IMG/VR virus record: IMGVR_UViG_3300030616_000028
Span: 1 to 55,412 of that record
DNA from: a virus
Lineage: Duplodnaviria > Caudoviricetes
Direction: 5' to 3' (one strand)
Length of the DNA stretch: 55,412 nt
Part shown: positions 18,800 to 28,394 of the stretch, piece after piece
How positions within the stretch are numbered: the stretch's first letter is position 1
Layout: each line of letters opens with the position of its first letter
Notes under the pieces: model-generated
The model's database searches: none
What the model was told of the DNA's origin: nothing
What the model saw: only the letters and a program-made list of their open reading frames with translations
Made by a program: the position numbers and the translations under genes

Positions 18800-19140
18800 G
18801 CCAGGAGCAACAGCTTGGACTCCCGACGTTCGATGACATCACGGCGGCAGACCCCTCACCGATGGCCGAGGCCTTCCGTAAATTCCACCGCGAGAATCCT
18901 TGGGTGTACCGAGAGCTTCGTAGGCTCGCGCTCGACCTCGCGAACCGCGGTCGGAGGAGGTACGGGATCGCGGGGCTGTTCGAGGTTCTCCGCTGGCACC
19001 GAGCGATGTCTACGGACGCTGACGATGGGTTCAAGCTCAACAACAACCATCGGGCGTTCTACTCCCGAATGCTGATGGCGAACGAGTCCCGGCTCGAGGG
19101 GTTCTTCGCGCAGCGGAAAAGCGAGGCAGACGATGACTGA
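18796..19140 (+). CDS. Hypothetical phage protein
   Basis: FHRENPWVY..LFEVLRW..FKLNNNHRAFYSR. Confidence 0.65.
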   Translation: MSQEQQLGLPTFDDITAADPSPMAEAFRKFHRENPWVYRELRRLALDLANRGRRRYGIAGLFEVLRWHRAMSTDADDGFKLNNNHRAFYSRMLMANESRLEGFFAQRKSEADDD

Positions 19141-19366
19141 GCAGGGGGTGTTCTATTTCATCCCGCAGACGGGGCAAACATCGGACCGCCCGATGCGGTC
19201 GAACTTCTACGTCTACAAGTTCCCAGGCTCTTGCTGGGACCGTGTCGAAAAGGAGGTGGCGAACGCGAAGTTCGGGAGCGGCGGCTACGTCTACGAGCGC
19301 GAAGTCATCGAGTGGTTCGAGGGCCAGGATCTCGGGTGGAATCAGAAGGAGGGATTGCCGCAATGA
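19133..19366 (+). CDS. Hypothetical protein
   Basis: Coupled ORF. Confidence 0.55.
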   Translation: MTEQGVFYFIPQTGQTSDRPMRSNFYVYKFPGSCWDRVEKEVANAKFGSGGYVYEREVIEWFEGQDLGWNQKEGLPQ

Positions 19367-19800
19367 GCAGGTCGAAGATCAAGAGGTCTGGTTCGCACAA
19401 GAAGAAGGTGCGCGGATACCGGCAGACCAGGAACGTCGACGCGTGGAACCGAGGGCAGTTACGCCGAACCATGCAGGAGCAGGCTCGCCGCCGTCGGTTG
19501 ACGAAATTGGATGGAGATACAGGTGAGGAGTACATCCTCGCACGACTCGCTCTCGCCGACAAGGAGCAGAGTGAGGAGTACAGGGCGGGGCTCGACGAGG
19601 CACTCGCTGACGTGCCCCAGGAGGCTGAGGAACAGGCGGAAGCCATCCGGGGATACCTCCAAGCCTGGGTCGACGAACGACGACTGGTGCCGATTCCATG
19701 CGGCCGTGGCGAGCGTCCGAGTTGCCGGGTCTATGAGGGGCGGGAGGAGAACCGGGTCGTCGTGATGCGCCAGGATGACCCCGACGCGGGGCCTCAGTGA
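19363..19800 (+). CDS. Hypothetical protein
   Basis: GGAGG RBS, ATGA overlap. Confidence 0.55.
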   Translation: MSRSKIKRSGSHKKKVRGYRQTRNVDAWNRGQLRRTMQEQARRRRLTKLDGDTGEEYILARLALADKEQSEEYRAGLDEALADVPQEAEEQAEAIRGYLQAWVDERRLVPIPCGRGERPSCRVYEGREENRVVVMRQDDPDAGPQ

Positions 19801-20768
19801 TCGTCGCACTCCCCGTTCGGGTACAGCCGCTCGCAGAAGTAGCGGACGGTGGCTTCCATCCCGTCTTCGAGGTCCGTGAGGGGAGACCACCCAAGGACTT
19901 CGCGAGCGCGAGAGATGTCCGGGCAACGCTTCCTCGGGTCATCCTGCGGGAGGGGATGCTCGACGACTTCGGAGGTCGTGCCGGTCAGCTCGATGACCAG
20001 GTCAACGAGATCACGGATGGTGCTCTCGCGCGGGTTACCGAGGTTGACCGGCCGGTGCGCGTCCTCTCCCTCGTACTCCATCAGCTCAATGAGTCCTCGC
20101 ACGAGGTCGTCGACGTAGCAGAAGGATCGCGTCTGGGAGCCGTCGCCGTAGATGGTGATCGGCTCGCCGCGGAGTGCCTGGACCGAGAAGTTGGAGACGA
20201 CCCGGCCGTCGTCGATGGCCATGCGCGGACCGTACGTGTTGAAGATACGCGCGATGCGGACCTCGACGCGGTTCTGCTGGCGGTAGTCCGTGAGCAGCGT
20301 CTCGGCGCACCGCTTCCCTTCGTCGTAGCAGGAGCGAGGGCCGACCGTGTTGACGTTCCCCCAATAGGCCTCGGGCTGCGGGTGCTCCGTCGGATCTCCG
20401 TAGACCTCCGACGTCGAGGCCTGAAGGATTCGAGCGCGTACCTGGCGAGCAAGCTCGAGCATGTTGTACACGCCGATCACGTTCGTCTGGATCGTCTTCA
20501 CGGGATTATACTGGTAGTGGACCGGGGAGGCGGGGCAGGCAAGGTTGTAGATCTGGTCAACGTCGATGATGAGCGGCTGGATGATGTCGTGCCGAATGAA
20601 CTCGAAGTGCGGGTCATCGAGGAGGTGCGCGATGTTCTCCCGACGCCCCGTGAACAGGTTGTCGACGCAGATGACCTCGGCCCCTCGTTCGAGCAACTGC
20701 TCGCAGAGATGGGAGCCAATGAAGCCCGCGCCGCCCGTGACCAGAATTCTCTTGCGCCCGTTTCCCAT
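19794..20768 (-). CDS. uxs: UDP-glucuronate decarboxylase (UDP-xylose synthase), extended SDR
   Basis: [61 protein letters not shown]; GGAGGG RBS; only minus-strand gene. Confidence 0.92.
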   Translation of the reverse strand: MGNGRKRILVTGGAGFIGSHLCEQLLERGAEVICVDNLFTGRRENIAHLLDDPHFEFIRHDIIQPLIIDVDQIYNLACPASPVHYQYNPVKTIQTNVIGVYNMLELARQVRARILQASTSEVYGDPTEHPQPEAYWGNVNTVGPRSCYDEGKRCAETLLTDYRQQNRVEVRIARIFNTYGPRMAIDDGRVVSNFSVQALRGEPITIYGDGSQTRSFCYVDDLVRGLIELMEYEGEDAHRPVNLGNPRESTIRDLVDLVIELTGTTSEVVEHPLPQDDPRKRCPDISRAREVLGWSPLTDLEDGMEATVRYFCERLYPNGECDDH

Positions 20769-20796
20769 GTGAACCCTCCGTTTCCAATTGCGACCC

Positions 20797-20825
20797 ATCA
20801 TACCGCGCTCGATCCGAGAGAGCAA
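20797..20825 (-). promoter_or_regulatory. Sigma70-type promoter of uxs
   Basis: Minus strand TTGCTC-N17-TATGAT. Confidence 0.6.
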
Positions 20826-20839
20826 TCGGAGGCTTCGCC

Positions 20840-21931
20840 ATGAACAGAGGAACACGGCAGCGTCTCGATGCACTACGGCGGCTCGCCGCCGATCCTGGCG
20901 CGACGGAGGCCGAGAAGGAGAACGCGCGGAGGAGGATCGCCGAGCACGAGGAGAAGTACGGGTCAGATCCTCGGCGCAGTAACGCAAGCGGCGATCGGTT
21001 CTACGTCGGCAACGTGCGCGAGTCCGACGACGGGAGCTTCACGGTCGACTTCGGGTATCGTCCTCCATCCTCGTCGTGGGATGCGTTCTGGGCAGCGGCA
21101 GTTGGGTTCGGTGACGCAGTGCGGAACGCGTCGCGACAGACGGCGGACTTCCACCGGGCGGCGAGCGAAGCGGCGAGCGGGTTCGGAGTCCCTCCGTTCC
21201 ACTACAACGCTCGGTGCCACACGGTCGACCCCGAAGGGAACTTCCGCGGGACGCGGCTCAGTGACTTCGCGATGTACGTGCTCGACCGATGGGAGAAGCA
21301 CTCGGCGCGGCCTGGTCCTTTTGGGAAGGCTGGGCACGTCATGACGGCGCCGCCGTGGGATGACTCCGCGAAGTTCTCATGGCTCTGTCCGTCGTGTGGC
21401 TCGAAGGTCGAGTACAGCGTCGGGTGGAAGGAGGCAGGCTACGCGAGGAAGGAGCCGGCCGCGATGGACGAGATCCTTCGACGCCTCTTCGCGATCTGGG
21501 ACGGCTACTCGGACAACCGCTGCGCGAGGTGTGCGCGGCACACGCATGTCGACCCCGTCGTAGGAGGAGAGACACCGTCGAAGCGGGACGCGGATTGGTT
21601 CCTCGAAGACCATGAGCGGCGCCGTGCGAAGCGCCAGCCTGGTCCGTTCGGTTGGGTGGGAGAAGTCGGGCATTTGTACGACGTCGTAGCAGCCGCGACG
21701 TTGTTCGGTTGGGCATGCCCAGAGTGCGGTCACCTCGTCTCCTTCCGCATCAAGGACAAGACGATGTGGAAGGCGGAAGGGAACCGCAGATTTCGGAACA
21801 ACCTGTCGAGGCGTCTCGCGGACTACCTCGACGGCTACGAGGACAACCGCTGCCGGCGATGCAAGAACCGCGCAGCAGAGCAAAGGAGAGGCAATGGAGC
21901 AGGTAGCAGCAATCGTTCAGGCCGAGAGTGA
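20840..21931 (+). CDS. Hypothetical protein: DUF2786-like N-terminus plus two repeated Cys4 domains
   Basis: [18 protein letters not shown]; PGPFG..W.CP.CG..DGY.DNRC..C occurs twice. Confidence 0.65.
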   Translation: MNRGTRQRLDALRRLAADPGATEAEKENARRRIAEHEEKYGSDPRRSNASGDRFYVGNVRESDDGSFTVDFGYRPPSSSWDAFWAAAVGFGDAVRNASRQTADFHRAASEAASGFGVPPFHYNARCHTVDPEGNFRGTRLSDFAMYVLDRWEKHSARPGPFGKAGHVMTAPPWDDSAKFSWLCPSCGSKVEYSVGWKEAGYARKEPAAMDEILRRLFAIWDGYSDNRCARCARHTHVDPVVGGETPSKRDADWFLEDHERRRAKRQPGPFGWVGEVGHLYDVVAAATLFGWACPECGHLVSFRIKDKTMWKAEGNRRFRNNLSRRLADYLDGYEDNRCRRCKNRAAEQRRGNGAGSSNRSGRE

Positions 21932-22292
21932 TTTCGTCGACCGCGAGATCGTGACCTTCAAGTGGCTGCGTCCGTGCAGCGGGGCGCGCGAGAGGTGGTT
22001 TGCCGCAGCGAAGGTCGCGCAAGCTCTGAGCGGTGGGAAGTACTGCAGCGGGGATCTCGTCACGGTCGGCTTCAACGAGCACGCGGACAAGATCCTGATG
22101 GCCGCGCCCGGTCGCAGCCGCATCGTCGCGAAGGTGGAGCTCGGCCCCGACGATGCGCGAGACGTCATCGCTCGTCTCGGGTGGAGGGTCCTCCAGGTCG
22201 ACGTCCCCGAGGACGCCGACGGGCAGTACCACCAGACCCCGTACCAGCTCATCCTCGACGGGATCGCGGAGAGCACGGAGGCCCCCCGATGA
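21894..22292 (+). CDS. Hypothetical protein
   Basis: GGAG RBS. Confidence 0.55.
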   Translation: MEQVAAIVQAESDFVDREIVTFKWLRPCSGARERWFAAAKVAQALSGGKYCSGDLVTVGFNEHADKILMAAPGRSRIVAKVELGPDDARDVIARLGWRVLQVDVPEDADGQYHQTPYQLILDGIAESTEAPR

Positions 22293-22918
22293 CCGTCGAC
22301 GTACGCGAGGCCACGAGGCTGTTCAAGTCCGTCGCCTACCCGGCGATCGACAAGTGGTGCGAGTTCGCAGAGAATGGCGGCGGCTTCGGCTGCAAACCCG
22401 GCTGCTCGATGTGCTGCTACAACGTCGTCACGCTCTCGTTGCTCGAGGCCGCGGTCCTCCTCTCGAACCCGAAAGGGAAGCTCTTGATGGAGGCCAATCG
22501 CGAGCGGGTAGTGGAGACCGCCAATCTGTTCTTCGCGCGGAAGCCCGAGACGAAGCTCGGCCCCTGGCGAGCGCGAAGTGAGCCGTGCCTGTTCCTCGAC
22601 GCGGACGACCGCTGCTCGGTCTACGAGGACCGGCCGTTCAACTGCCGTACCCACATCGCGGTGAAGCCGTGCGACCCGACGCGAGACGGCAACCACTACG
22701 TCGACCCCGAGGACGCAACGCGCCTCGGCTTTGAGCTGGGGATCATGGCCGAGAACGACCTCGGCATTCCGTTCACGGTTGCGCCGATGCCCGTGGCCCT
22801 GGTCACCGCCGACGCAATGATGATCGGGGGAGTCGAGGCCATCAAGAAAGCCTACGCCAACACGCCGTTCCTGCGGTGCGATACCGCGGCGATGTTCTGG
22901 TCGTACATCGAGCTTTGA
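22289..22918 (+). CDS. YkgJ-family cysteine-cluster (Zn/Fe-chelating) protein
   Basis: CKPGCSMCC, CLFLD..RCSVYEDRPFNCR. Confidence 0.85.
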   Translation: MTVDVREATRLFKSVAYPAIDKWCEFAENGGGFGCKPGCSMCCYNVVTLSLLEAAVLLSNPKGKLLMEANRERVVETANLFFARKPETKLGPWRARSEPCLFLDADDRCSVYEDRPFNCRTHIAVKPCDPTRDGNHYVDPEDATRLGFELGIMAENDLGIPFTVAPMPVALVTADAMMIGGVEAIKKAYANTPFLRCDTAAMFWSYIEL

Positions 22919-22931
22919 GAGGAGGAGCGAA

Positions 22932-23456
22932 ATGAAAGCACTAACCCTATGGCCCGAGTGGGCGTGGGCTGTCTCCCGCCTCGGCAAGAACGTCGAGAAC
23001 CGCCCGCGGCGAACGAAGATGGAGCCGGGTACTGTCTTCGCGATCCACGCCGGCGCAAGCTGGGGAGGATCGGACACGGGATACAAGCGGCTCGACGAGG
23101 TCTTCGCACCGGTCGACGAGACGGCTCGGCGCGCTGGCTGGCGCATCGGAGTCCACCTCGCGAGGAACGTCGTGCAGGGCTACAACATCAACGCGCCGCT
23201 GACCTTCGAGGACAGCTTATTCGCTGACGTGCACACGCGCGCAGTCGTTGCCGTCGCGAGGTTCGGAGGACTCCTCGAGCCAGGCCGCGACGACCCAGAG
23301 AAATGGCCGTGGTGGGATCAGCAGTATCACGGCTACATCCTCTCGGAGATCTTCGTGCTTCCGCATGCTGTCGCCTCGCTGGGGCAGCAGGGTTTCTGGA
23401 ATCTGAAGGAGGTTCCCGAGGAGCGCGTGCAGCGGCAGATCCAGGGCTTCGTATGA
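22932..23456 (+). CDS. ASCH-domain protein
   Basis: MKALTLWPEWAWAV..GKNVENR..AIHAG..GQQGFW. Confidence 0.8.
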   Translation: MKALTLWPEWAWAVSRLGKNVENRPRRTKMEPGTVFAIHAGASWGGSDTGYKRLDEVFAPVDETARRAGWRIGVHLARNVVQGYNINAPLTFEDSLFADVHTRAVVAVARFGGLLEPGRDDPEKWPWWDQQYHGYILSEIFVLPHAVASLGQQGFWNLKEVPEERVQRQIQGFV

Positions 23457-23505
23457 GCTACTTAGCACTGGGCAAAACTCCTTCCGTTTGTAGCCACAAA
23501 CCAGT

Positions 23506-24027
23506 ATGGTGATCCGCATGGATGTCATCGTAGCTATCGACCCCGGCGCGCGTTCTGGTTGGGCGGTTCTTTCCGTCGAGCCGAACCCGAAATTGCTGTT
23601 GAGCGACAGCGTTGCGTGGCCAAAGCCTGGGACCAAGAAAGACCTCCCGGCGAACACGGTCAGCGCGGTCGTAGACTCCCTCCTCGATACCCTCCGTCGG
23701 TTCGAGCACACCGTCGTCGGAGTAGGCATCGAGGATCAGTTCCTCGGGGTCAATCCGCAGAGCATGAAGAAGCTCGTGCGGAACGGCGGGCGGTGGGAGG
23801 AGGCATGGCGCCGGCACGGCTATGAGGTCGAGTGGGTTTACCCGCAGAAGTGGCAGACGGCCGAACTCGGCACGGCGCGGATCGACCGCTCGGAGGTGAA
23901 GCGCCGCTGCAAGGTGAAGTCCCTGAACCTCTGGGGCAAGAAGCTCAAGGAAGACGAGTCCGACGCGGCAATGATCGGGAGGTACTTGGCGATCCGCTGC
24001 GCGTACCGGAGGCTACGGCAGCAATGA
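23506..24027 (+). CDS. RuvC-like Holliday junction resolvase
   Basis: VAIDPG, IEDQF, PQKWQ, DESDAAMI; start may be 23518. Confidence 0.8.
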   Translation: MVIRMDVIVAIDPGARSGWAVLSVEPNPKLLLSDSVAWPKPGTKKDLPANTVSAVVDSLLDTLRRFEHTVVGVGIEDQFLGVNPQSMKKLVRNGGRWEEAWRRHGYEVEWVYPQKWQTAELGTARIDRSEVKRRCKVKSLNLWGKKLKEDESDAAMIGRYLAIRCAYRRLRQQ

Positions 24028-24296
24028 GCCGCGAGCGCATCAGACTGGAGCGACAGTGTCCGTTCTGCGGAGGGGCGATCCAGATCTACGAGACGACGGA
24101 CCAGAAGCAGGAGGCGGCTGGCCTCGTCTACCTCGGTACTCGGTGCGTACCGTGTAACGCGAGGATCGATGCGGCGGGGATTGGTAGCGAGGAGGCCATT
24201 CGAGAGATGGACGAGCGGCTGGAGAAGCGGCGCGGGACACGCCCGGAGGACCACCGCATCAAGGTGCGGCCGCAGCGAAGGAGGAGGCGGCGATGA
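24024..24296 (+). CDS. Zn-ribbon protein (Lar-like CPFCG)
   Basis: CPFCGG...CVPC. Confidence 0.55.
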   Translation: MSRERIRLERQCPFCGGAIQIYETTDQKQEAAGLVYLGTRCVPCNARIDAAGIGSEEAIREMDERLEKRRGTRPEDHRIKVRPQRRRRRR

Positions 24297-24451
24297 CCAG
24301 GCGCGGGAACCGTTCTGTCACGCTCCGTCTTCGGGTCACTGAGGAGGAGGCAGAGCGCCTTCGGTGGCTCGCCGAGCGAGCTGGTCTCACGCTCTCCGAG
24401 TACCTCCGCCGACGAGGCCTTCTGAGGTCAGTGAGCAAGGAGTCGAAGTGA
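24293..24451 (+). CDS. Ribbon-helix-helix (MobC-like) DNA-binding protein, 52 aa
   Basis: MTRRGNRSVTLRLRVTEEEAERLRWLAERAGLTLSEYLRRRGL; strong RBS; below ORF-track cutoff. Confidence 0.75.
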   Translation: MTRRGNRSVTLRLRVTEEEAERLRWLAERAGLTLSEYLRRRGLLRSVSKESK

Positions 24452-24624
24452 ACGAAGAGAAGCACGAAGCGAAGTGTCCGTACTGCGGGGAATGGTCCGA
24501 GGTCGAGTGGTTCGCCGAGCTGCCGCCGGGAGGGTTCTGGTGGAAGGAGAGCGGGTGCTGCCCGAAGTGCGAGGCCATCGTCCTGGTCGAGTCCGAGTGC
24601 GAGTTTCGGAGAGTCGCAGCATGA
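24448..24624 (+). CDS. Small Zn-ribbon protein
   Basis: GTG start; CPYCG...CPKC. Confidence 0.55.
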   Translation: MNEEKHEAKCPYCGEWSEVEWFAELPPGGFWWKESGCCPKCEAIVLVESECEFRRVAA

Positions 24625-24974
24625 GCCAGCTCACCCTCGGGCTTGACCCTCCGAAGGAGCTTCGCCGCGGTCGCGCGCCGAGCAAGGCGGCGCCGCCGAA
24701 GACCGACGGCCGCGATCCGCACGAGGTCCTCGAGGAGTGGTGCGAGGCAGAGGAGTGCTTGCTTTTTTTGTGGGGAGAGAATCCGAACATCTGCGCGGCG
24801 CGGTCGCACTCGTCGAACGATCCCGGCATCGACCGCTGGGTACAGCGGAAACGCGCCGAGGAGATTCTAGCGCGTCACGGGTACACCCACCACGCGAACC
24901 AAGTCAGCCCTGATGCACAGGGACGGCAGCGGCGCGGCCGAGTCTACTGGAGAAAAGGCCGCGCTCGAACGTAG
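24621..24974 (+). CDS. Hypothetical protein
   Basis: ATGA overlap. Confidence 0.5.
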   Translation: MSQLTLGLDPPKELRRGRAPSKAAPPKTDGRDPHEVLEEWCEAEECLLFLWGENPNICAARSHSSNDPGIDRWVQRKRAEEILARHGYTHHANQVSPDAQGRQRRGRVYWRKGRART

Positions 24975-24989
24975 AAAGGAGTCCGTACG

Positions 24990-25154
24990 ATGGGACAGGA
25001 AGCAACAGTCACACAGCTCGACGAGCGGAGGGAGAAGGCCGAGCGGGCGAGGAAGGCGCTCGAACCGAAGACGATGGTCTGGAAGTGCTCCAACTGCGGG
25101 GCCTCCGTGTCCGCAGATCAGAAGCAGTGCTCGGAGTGCGGAGCGGCGAGATGA
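24990..25154 (+). CDS. Small zinc-ribbon protein, 54 aa
   Basis: AGGAG RBS; WKCSNCG..KQCSECG; not in ORF track. Confidence 0.65.
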   Translation: MGQEATVTQLDERREKAERARKALEPKTMVWKCSNCGASVSADQKQCSECGAAR

Positions 25155-25375
25155 GCGGGCGCGATCTCGAAGGGCTGACCGCTGCGGAGGGCAAGATCGT
25201 TCCGTCGCGATCCACGCCAGGAAAGATCTCGCTGCGGGCTGCGGACGGCACGAGCATCCGTGACGCCCTCGACGAGGCGGGCTTCGAGGCTGGGGAGGTA
25301 GTCATCGTCATCCCGGCCGCGAGGTACGACGACCTCATCGCCATCGAGGACGAGGCGATCCAACGGAGGCGATGA
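25151..25375 (+). CDS. Hypothetical protein
   Basis: ATGA overlap. Confidence 0.5.
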   Translation: MSGRDLEGLTAAEGKIVPSRSTPGKISLRAADGTSIRDALDEAGFEAGEVVIVIPAARYDDLIAIEDEAIQRRR

Positions 25376-25599
25376 TGCGAGTCATCACCAGGGTCGATCT
25401 CGAGCGTGCGCTCGGTGCGTGGTGGCTTCTCCTTGAGCATGAGGAGAACGCGCAACCAGGCTACGTCGAGGTCAGGCTGCGGCGTCCGTGGCGCTGGCTC
25501 GGGCAGCGGTTCCATCGGTGGGTAGCTCGGCACGTCATCGACGTGGTCGATCGCTGCGACCTGACGATCGGTGTTGGGTTCGTCGTGGTGTGGAGGTAG
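25372..25599 (+). CDS. Hypothetical protein
   Basis: GGAGG RBS. Confidence 0.5.
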   Translation: MMRVITRVDLERALGAWWLLLEHEENAQPGYVEVRLRRPWRWLGQRFHRWVARHVIDVVDRCDLTIGVGFVVVWR

Positions 25600-25601
25600 C
25601 G

Positions 25602-26009
25602 ATGCAACTCGGCCTCGACCTACTCGGGAAACCGGAGCGCGGGGAGGAGCACCGCGGCCCGATCCAGGACGACGACGGAACGGGCTGCGACTGCTGTGCC
25701 CAACGTCTTCGCTGCGGCGTCTGCGGGGAGCGATACCTCGGCCGCTTGTACGCCTACTACTACGCCTACGACACGGCCGACGAGGACGGCTACTGCATCG
25801 GGCGCAACGGCCTGTTCGGTGACCTTCCAGGGCCGTGCTGTCTCCCCGAGGACGAGGAACTGTTCGAGCGCGTCCTCGCGGAGGGATACCCCGACGACGA
25901 GCTCGTGCGGAGCGGTGAGCGTGTCCTCGGTCCGTGGGGCGTCTTCGTCGGACGGATCTGGATACCGAAGACCTGGCCGACCGGCCCGAAGCCGTGGAGT
26001 CAGAAGTGA
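25602..26009 (+). CDS. Hypothetical Cys-rich protein
   Basis: GGAGG RBS; CDCC, CGVCG. Confidence 0.55.
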   Translation: MQLGLDLLGKPERGEEHRGPIQDDDGTGCDCCAQRLRCGVCGERYLGRLYAYYYAYDTADEDGYCIGRNGLFGDLPGPCCLPEDEELFERVLAEGYPDDELVRSGERVLGPWGVFVGRIWIPKTWPTGPKPWSQK

Positions 26010-26019
26010 GGAGGAGAGG

Positions 26020-26511
26020 ATGAGAAAGCTCTCGTACATCTGGACGCTACCCTGGGATCTCGTCGTGTGGCTGACCGCAGTTATCGTTGCGCTCTCCACG
26101 CGCGGGAAGCTCGCTTGGCAGGACCTCGGCGTCTGGGCTGTGCTCCCGCCTCGGTTCGGCACGAACGCGACCTGTCTGGGCATCACGCTCGGTCACGGAG
26201 GAGTGCTGCAGGACCACTCGTTCGGGACGAAGGAGGATACGACGCGGACGGAGCGGCACGAGGGAGTGCACGTCGAGCAGTACGAGGCGATTGCCCTCGC
26301 GGGATTCGTGCTCGGGCTGATCGTCTTCTGGACCTTCTTCGGCCTCGGGCACCTGACAGCCGGTGTACTCGTCGGAGGCCTCGTCTGGGTTGGGGCATTC
26401 CCCGCAGTCATCGGCGCCGGCCACATCGTTGCTCTCGTGCGTGGAGAGCCGATCTATTGGGGCGCGGTCCACGAGGAGGCAGCGTACGCGATCACAGATG
26501 ATGAGGAGTAG
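26020..26511 (+). CDS. Membrane protein with HExxH (zincin-like) motif
   Basis: RHEGVHVEQYE plus HEEAAY; hydrophobic helices. Confidence 0.55.
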   Translation: MRKLSYIWTLPWDLVVWLTAVIVALSTRGKLAWQDLGVWAVLPPRFGTNATCLGITLGHGGVLQDHSFGTKEDTTRTERHEGVHVEQYEAIALAGFVLGLIVFWTFFGLGHLTAGVLVGGLVWVGAFPAVIGAGHIVALVRGEPIYWGAVHEEAAYAITDDEE

Positions 26512-26557
26512 GAGAAACAGCGCCGCAGCCGCGTGCGCTACGTAGGAAGGAGAAGCT

Positions 26558-27034
26558 ATGGATGAGGCAAAGAGCAAGAACTGGACGGGGTTCAGCAGCT
26601 ACGAGTACGGGCAGAAGGTCTACACGGTGCGCCCGTGGCCGAGCTGGGGAGAGGTCCTCTCGCCAGGGCACGAGAAGCTCATCGACAGGGTCCACCTCGA
26701 CGAGGTGATTTTCCTCGCGCCGTGCAAGTACCCTGGGAAAGACGAGGTGCGGGAGGTCCGCGTGGCGAACGCGTCGGGAGCCAGCTACGAGCTGCCGGTC
26801 GAGTGCGTCTTCGCCACGCCCGAGGCCGCGACCGGGTGGGCGCTGAAGGCCGTGCGCGAGATGAGAAAGGATCTCGAGGTCCTGACGAACCGCTACAGCA
26901 ACCTCGCGAATGAGTCGCGGAAGATCCCCGATCAGGACAGCGACGACCACGAGAACCCGATCCACGGGATGTTCGACGCGGCGATCCGCGACACGACTGG
27001 AGCCGACCCGTCGAGAGGGGAGGGCGAGCAATGA
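26558..27034 (+). CDS. Hypothetical protein
   Basis: AGGAG RBS. Confidence 0.6.
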   Translation: MDEAKSKNWTGFSSYEYGQKVYTVRPWPSWGEVLSPGHEKLIDRVHLDEVIFLAPCKYPGKDEVREVRVANASGASYELPVECVFATPEAATGWALKAVREMRKDLEVLTNRYSNLANESRKIPDQDSDDHENPIHGMFDAAIRDTTGADPSRGEGEQ

Positions 27035-27654
27035 TCTACCGTGAGCAGTTGAAGGTCGCGCAGGGGGAGATCGCCGCGCTGAAGAAGGAGTTGGCCGCGC
27101 TGAAGAAGCAGACCAAGGCGCGGGGAACTGCTATCGCCTACGGCCTCGACAACGAGACGGATCTCCAGAAGCGGCTCGATGCGACCGAGGCCCGCGTTCG
27201 CCGCTGGCACCGCCGCTGCATGGAGGCGCGGTGGGCTGCCCTGGTCCTCTATCGCTGTGCCTCCTCGTGGGTTCCCGACGAATCCCCAGATGCCCTGGAG
27301 GAGGCGATCAAGATCGTAGCGAGCACGGCGCCGAACTGGAAGACGCCAGCGATGACGGTTCCGATCCTCGGCCTGCCTGGGAAAGCTCCGTACGTGCTGT
27401 TCCTGGGGAACCAGTGCGAGAGCTGTAGCGGGGAGGATGACCTGCCCCTCGACGAGCATGACTGCGGCGGCTACCTGTACTTCGATGCCGAAGTATTCTC
27501 CTACCACTTCGAGTGCGAGCGCAACACGGATCACGACGAGCAGATCGAGGGGCGCTGGGACGATCCCGACAGCGGGTTCTGGTACACGAAGGAGGAGGTC
27601 ATCAAGGCCGCGCAGCGGCAGCGCACCAAGATGGAGTCCAGCAGCGATGGATGA
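27031..27654 (+). CDS. Hypothetical protein
   Basis: ATGA overlap; coiled coil plus Cys. Confidence 0.6.
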   Translation: MIYREQLKVAQGEIAALKKELAALKKQTKARGTAIAYGLDNETDLQKRLDATEARVRRWHRRCMEARWAALVLYRCASSWVPDESPDALEEAIKIVASTAPNWKTPAMTVPILGLPGKAPYVLFLGNQCESCSGEDDLPLDEHDCGGYLYFDAEVFSYHFECERNTDHDEQIEGRWDDPDSGFWYTKEEVIKAAQRQRTKMESSSDG

Positions 27655-27895
27655 GGGATGGTTCAAGTCGGACACGCCAGGCGCGCGCAAGGTCCACTTC
27701 TTCGCCGCCGGCGACGTGCTCTCGGCGTGTCACCTGATACGGCGGCGCGAGGGCGAGTGGCCGACTTCGGATGGGTGGGAGGAGCGCGGCGGTATCCTCA
27801 TGCCGCCGATGGGATTCTTAACCGCTGTCGTACGTGCTGAGGACGAGCCACGTTGCCGACTCTGCCGTGCGGCGCTTCTACCGGAGGAGGGGTGA
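27647..27895 (+). CDS. Hypothetical protein
   Basis: KVHFF..SAC..CRLC. Confidence 0.5.
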   Translation: MDEGWFKSDTPGARKVHFFAAGDVLSACHLIRRREGEWPTSDGWEERGGILMPPMGFLTAVVRAEDEPRCRLCRAALLPEEG

Positions 27896-28394
27896 TGGGC
27901 ATCGTCAAGCAATGCCGCGAATGCGGCGAGGACGTGCGGCCCTACGACTTGGCCGAGCGCCCGCTGTGCGAGGCGTGCATCAGCGAGCTGGAGGCCAGCA
28001 TCAACAACGCGCTGTCCCACCTGTGGACGGTGTGCGAGGCGTGGGAAGACCGTGGCTCCGGCGACCCCGGGCACACGGAGGTCAGCGCGGCGGTGCGCAG
28101 GGCGCGCGAGTACATGCGCGGCGCCGCCCACCCTTGGCACCCCATCGGCAGCGCGCCCAAGGACGGCACCGCCATCCTCGGCGCCGAGCCGGGCTGCGGC
28201 ATGGCCGTCGTGAAGTGGATGGCCAGCGCCAAGGGGTGGACCGACGCGCACGGCGGGTTCCTGCACCCGACGCACTGGATGCCGCTGCCAGAGTGGCCGG
28301 GCAAGGAGGGGTGATGGGAATCGTCAAGAAATGCCGCTCGTGCGAGGAGGAGGTCCGCCCCTACGACCTCGCAAACGAGCCGCTGTGCGAGGGG
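27886..28394 (+). repeat. About 90-bp imperfect direct repeat of RBS plus gene start (27886-27975 and 28305-28394)
   Basis: GGAGGGGTGATGGG[C/A]ATCGTCAAG[C/A]AATGCCGC...CCCTACGAC...CCGCTGTGCGAGG at both sites. Confidence 0.8.
27895..28314 (+). CDS. Zn-finger plus DUF551-like protein
   Basis: WHPIGSAPKDGT..PTHWMPLPE. Confidence 0.7.
   Translation: MGIVKQCRECGEDVRPYDLAERPLCEACISELEASINNALSHLWTVCEAWEDRGSGDPGHTEVSAAVRRAREYMRGAAHPWHPIGSAPKDGTAILGAEPGCGMAVVKWMASAKGWTDAHGGFLHPTHWMPLPEWPGKEG

Noticed and set aside
16808-20795. Shared 10-mer AATTGCGACC in the ssb and uxs promoter regions
   Set aside because: Only two copies, in opposite orientation relative to transcription; chance cannot be excluded
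19797-20843. Plus-strand 348-aa ORF apparently coupled to both neighbours
   Set aside because: It is the antisense shadow of the clearly conserved uxs gene and has no recognisable motif
23486-23501. Palindrome GTTTGT-AGCC-ACAAAC before the RuvC-like gene
   Set aside because: Single occurrence; too short to call an operator
24293-24451. Conjugative mobilisation (MobC) module
   Set aside because: No relaxase or oriT context; treated as a generic RHH regulator
27886-28394. DGR template/variable repeat pair
   Set aside because: Differences are not adenine-specific, the repeats are at gene 5' ends, and no reverse transcriptase is present
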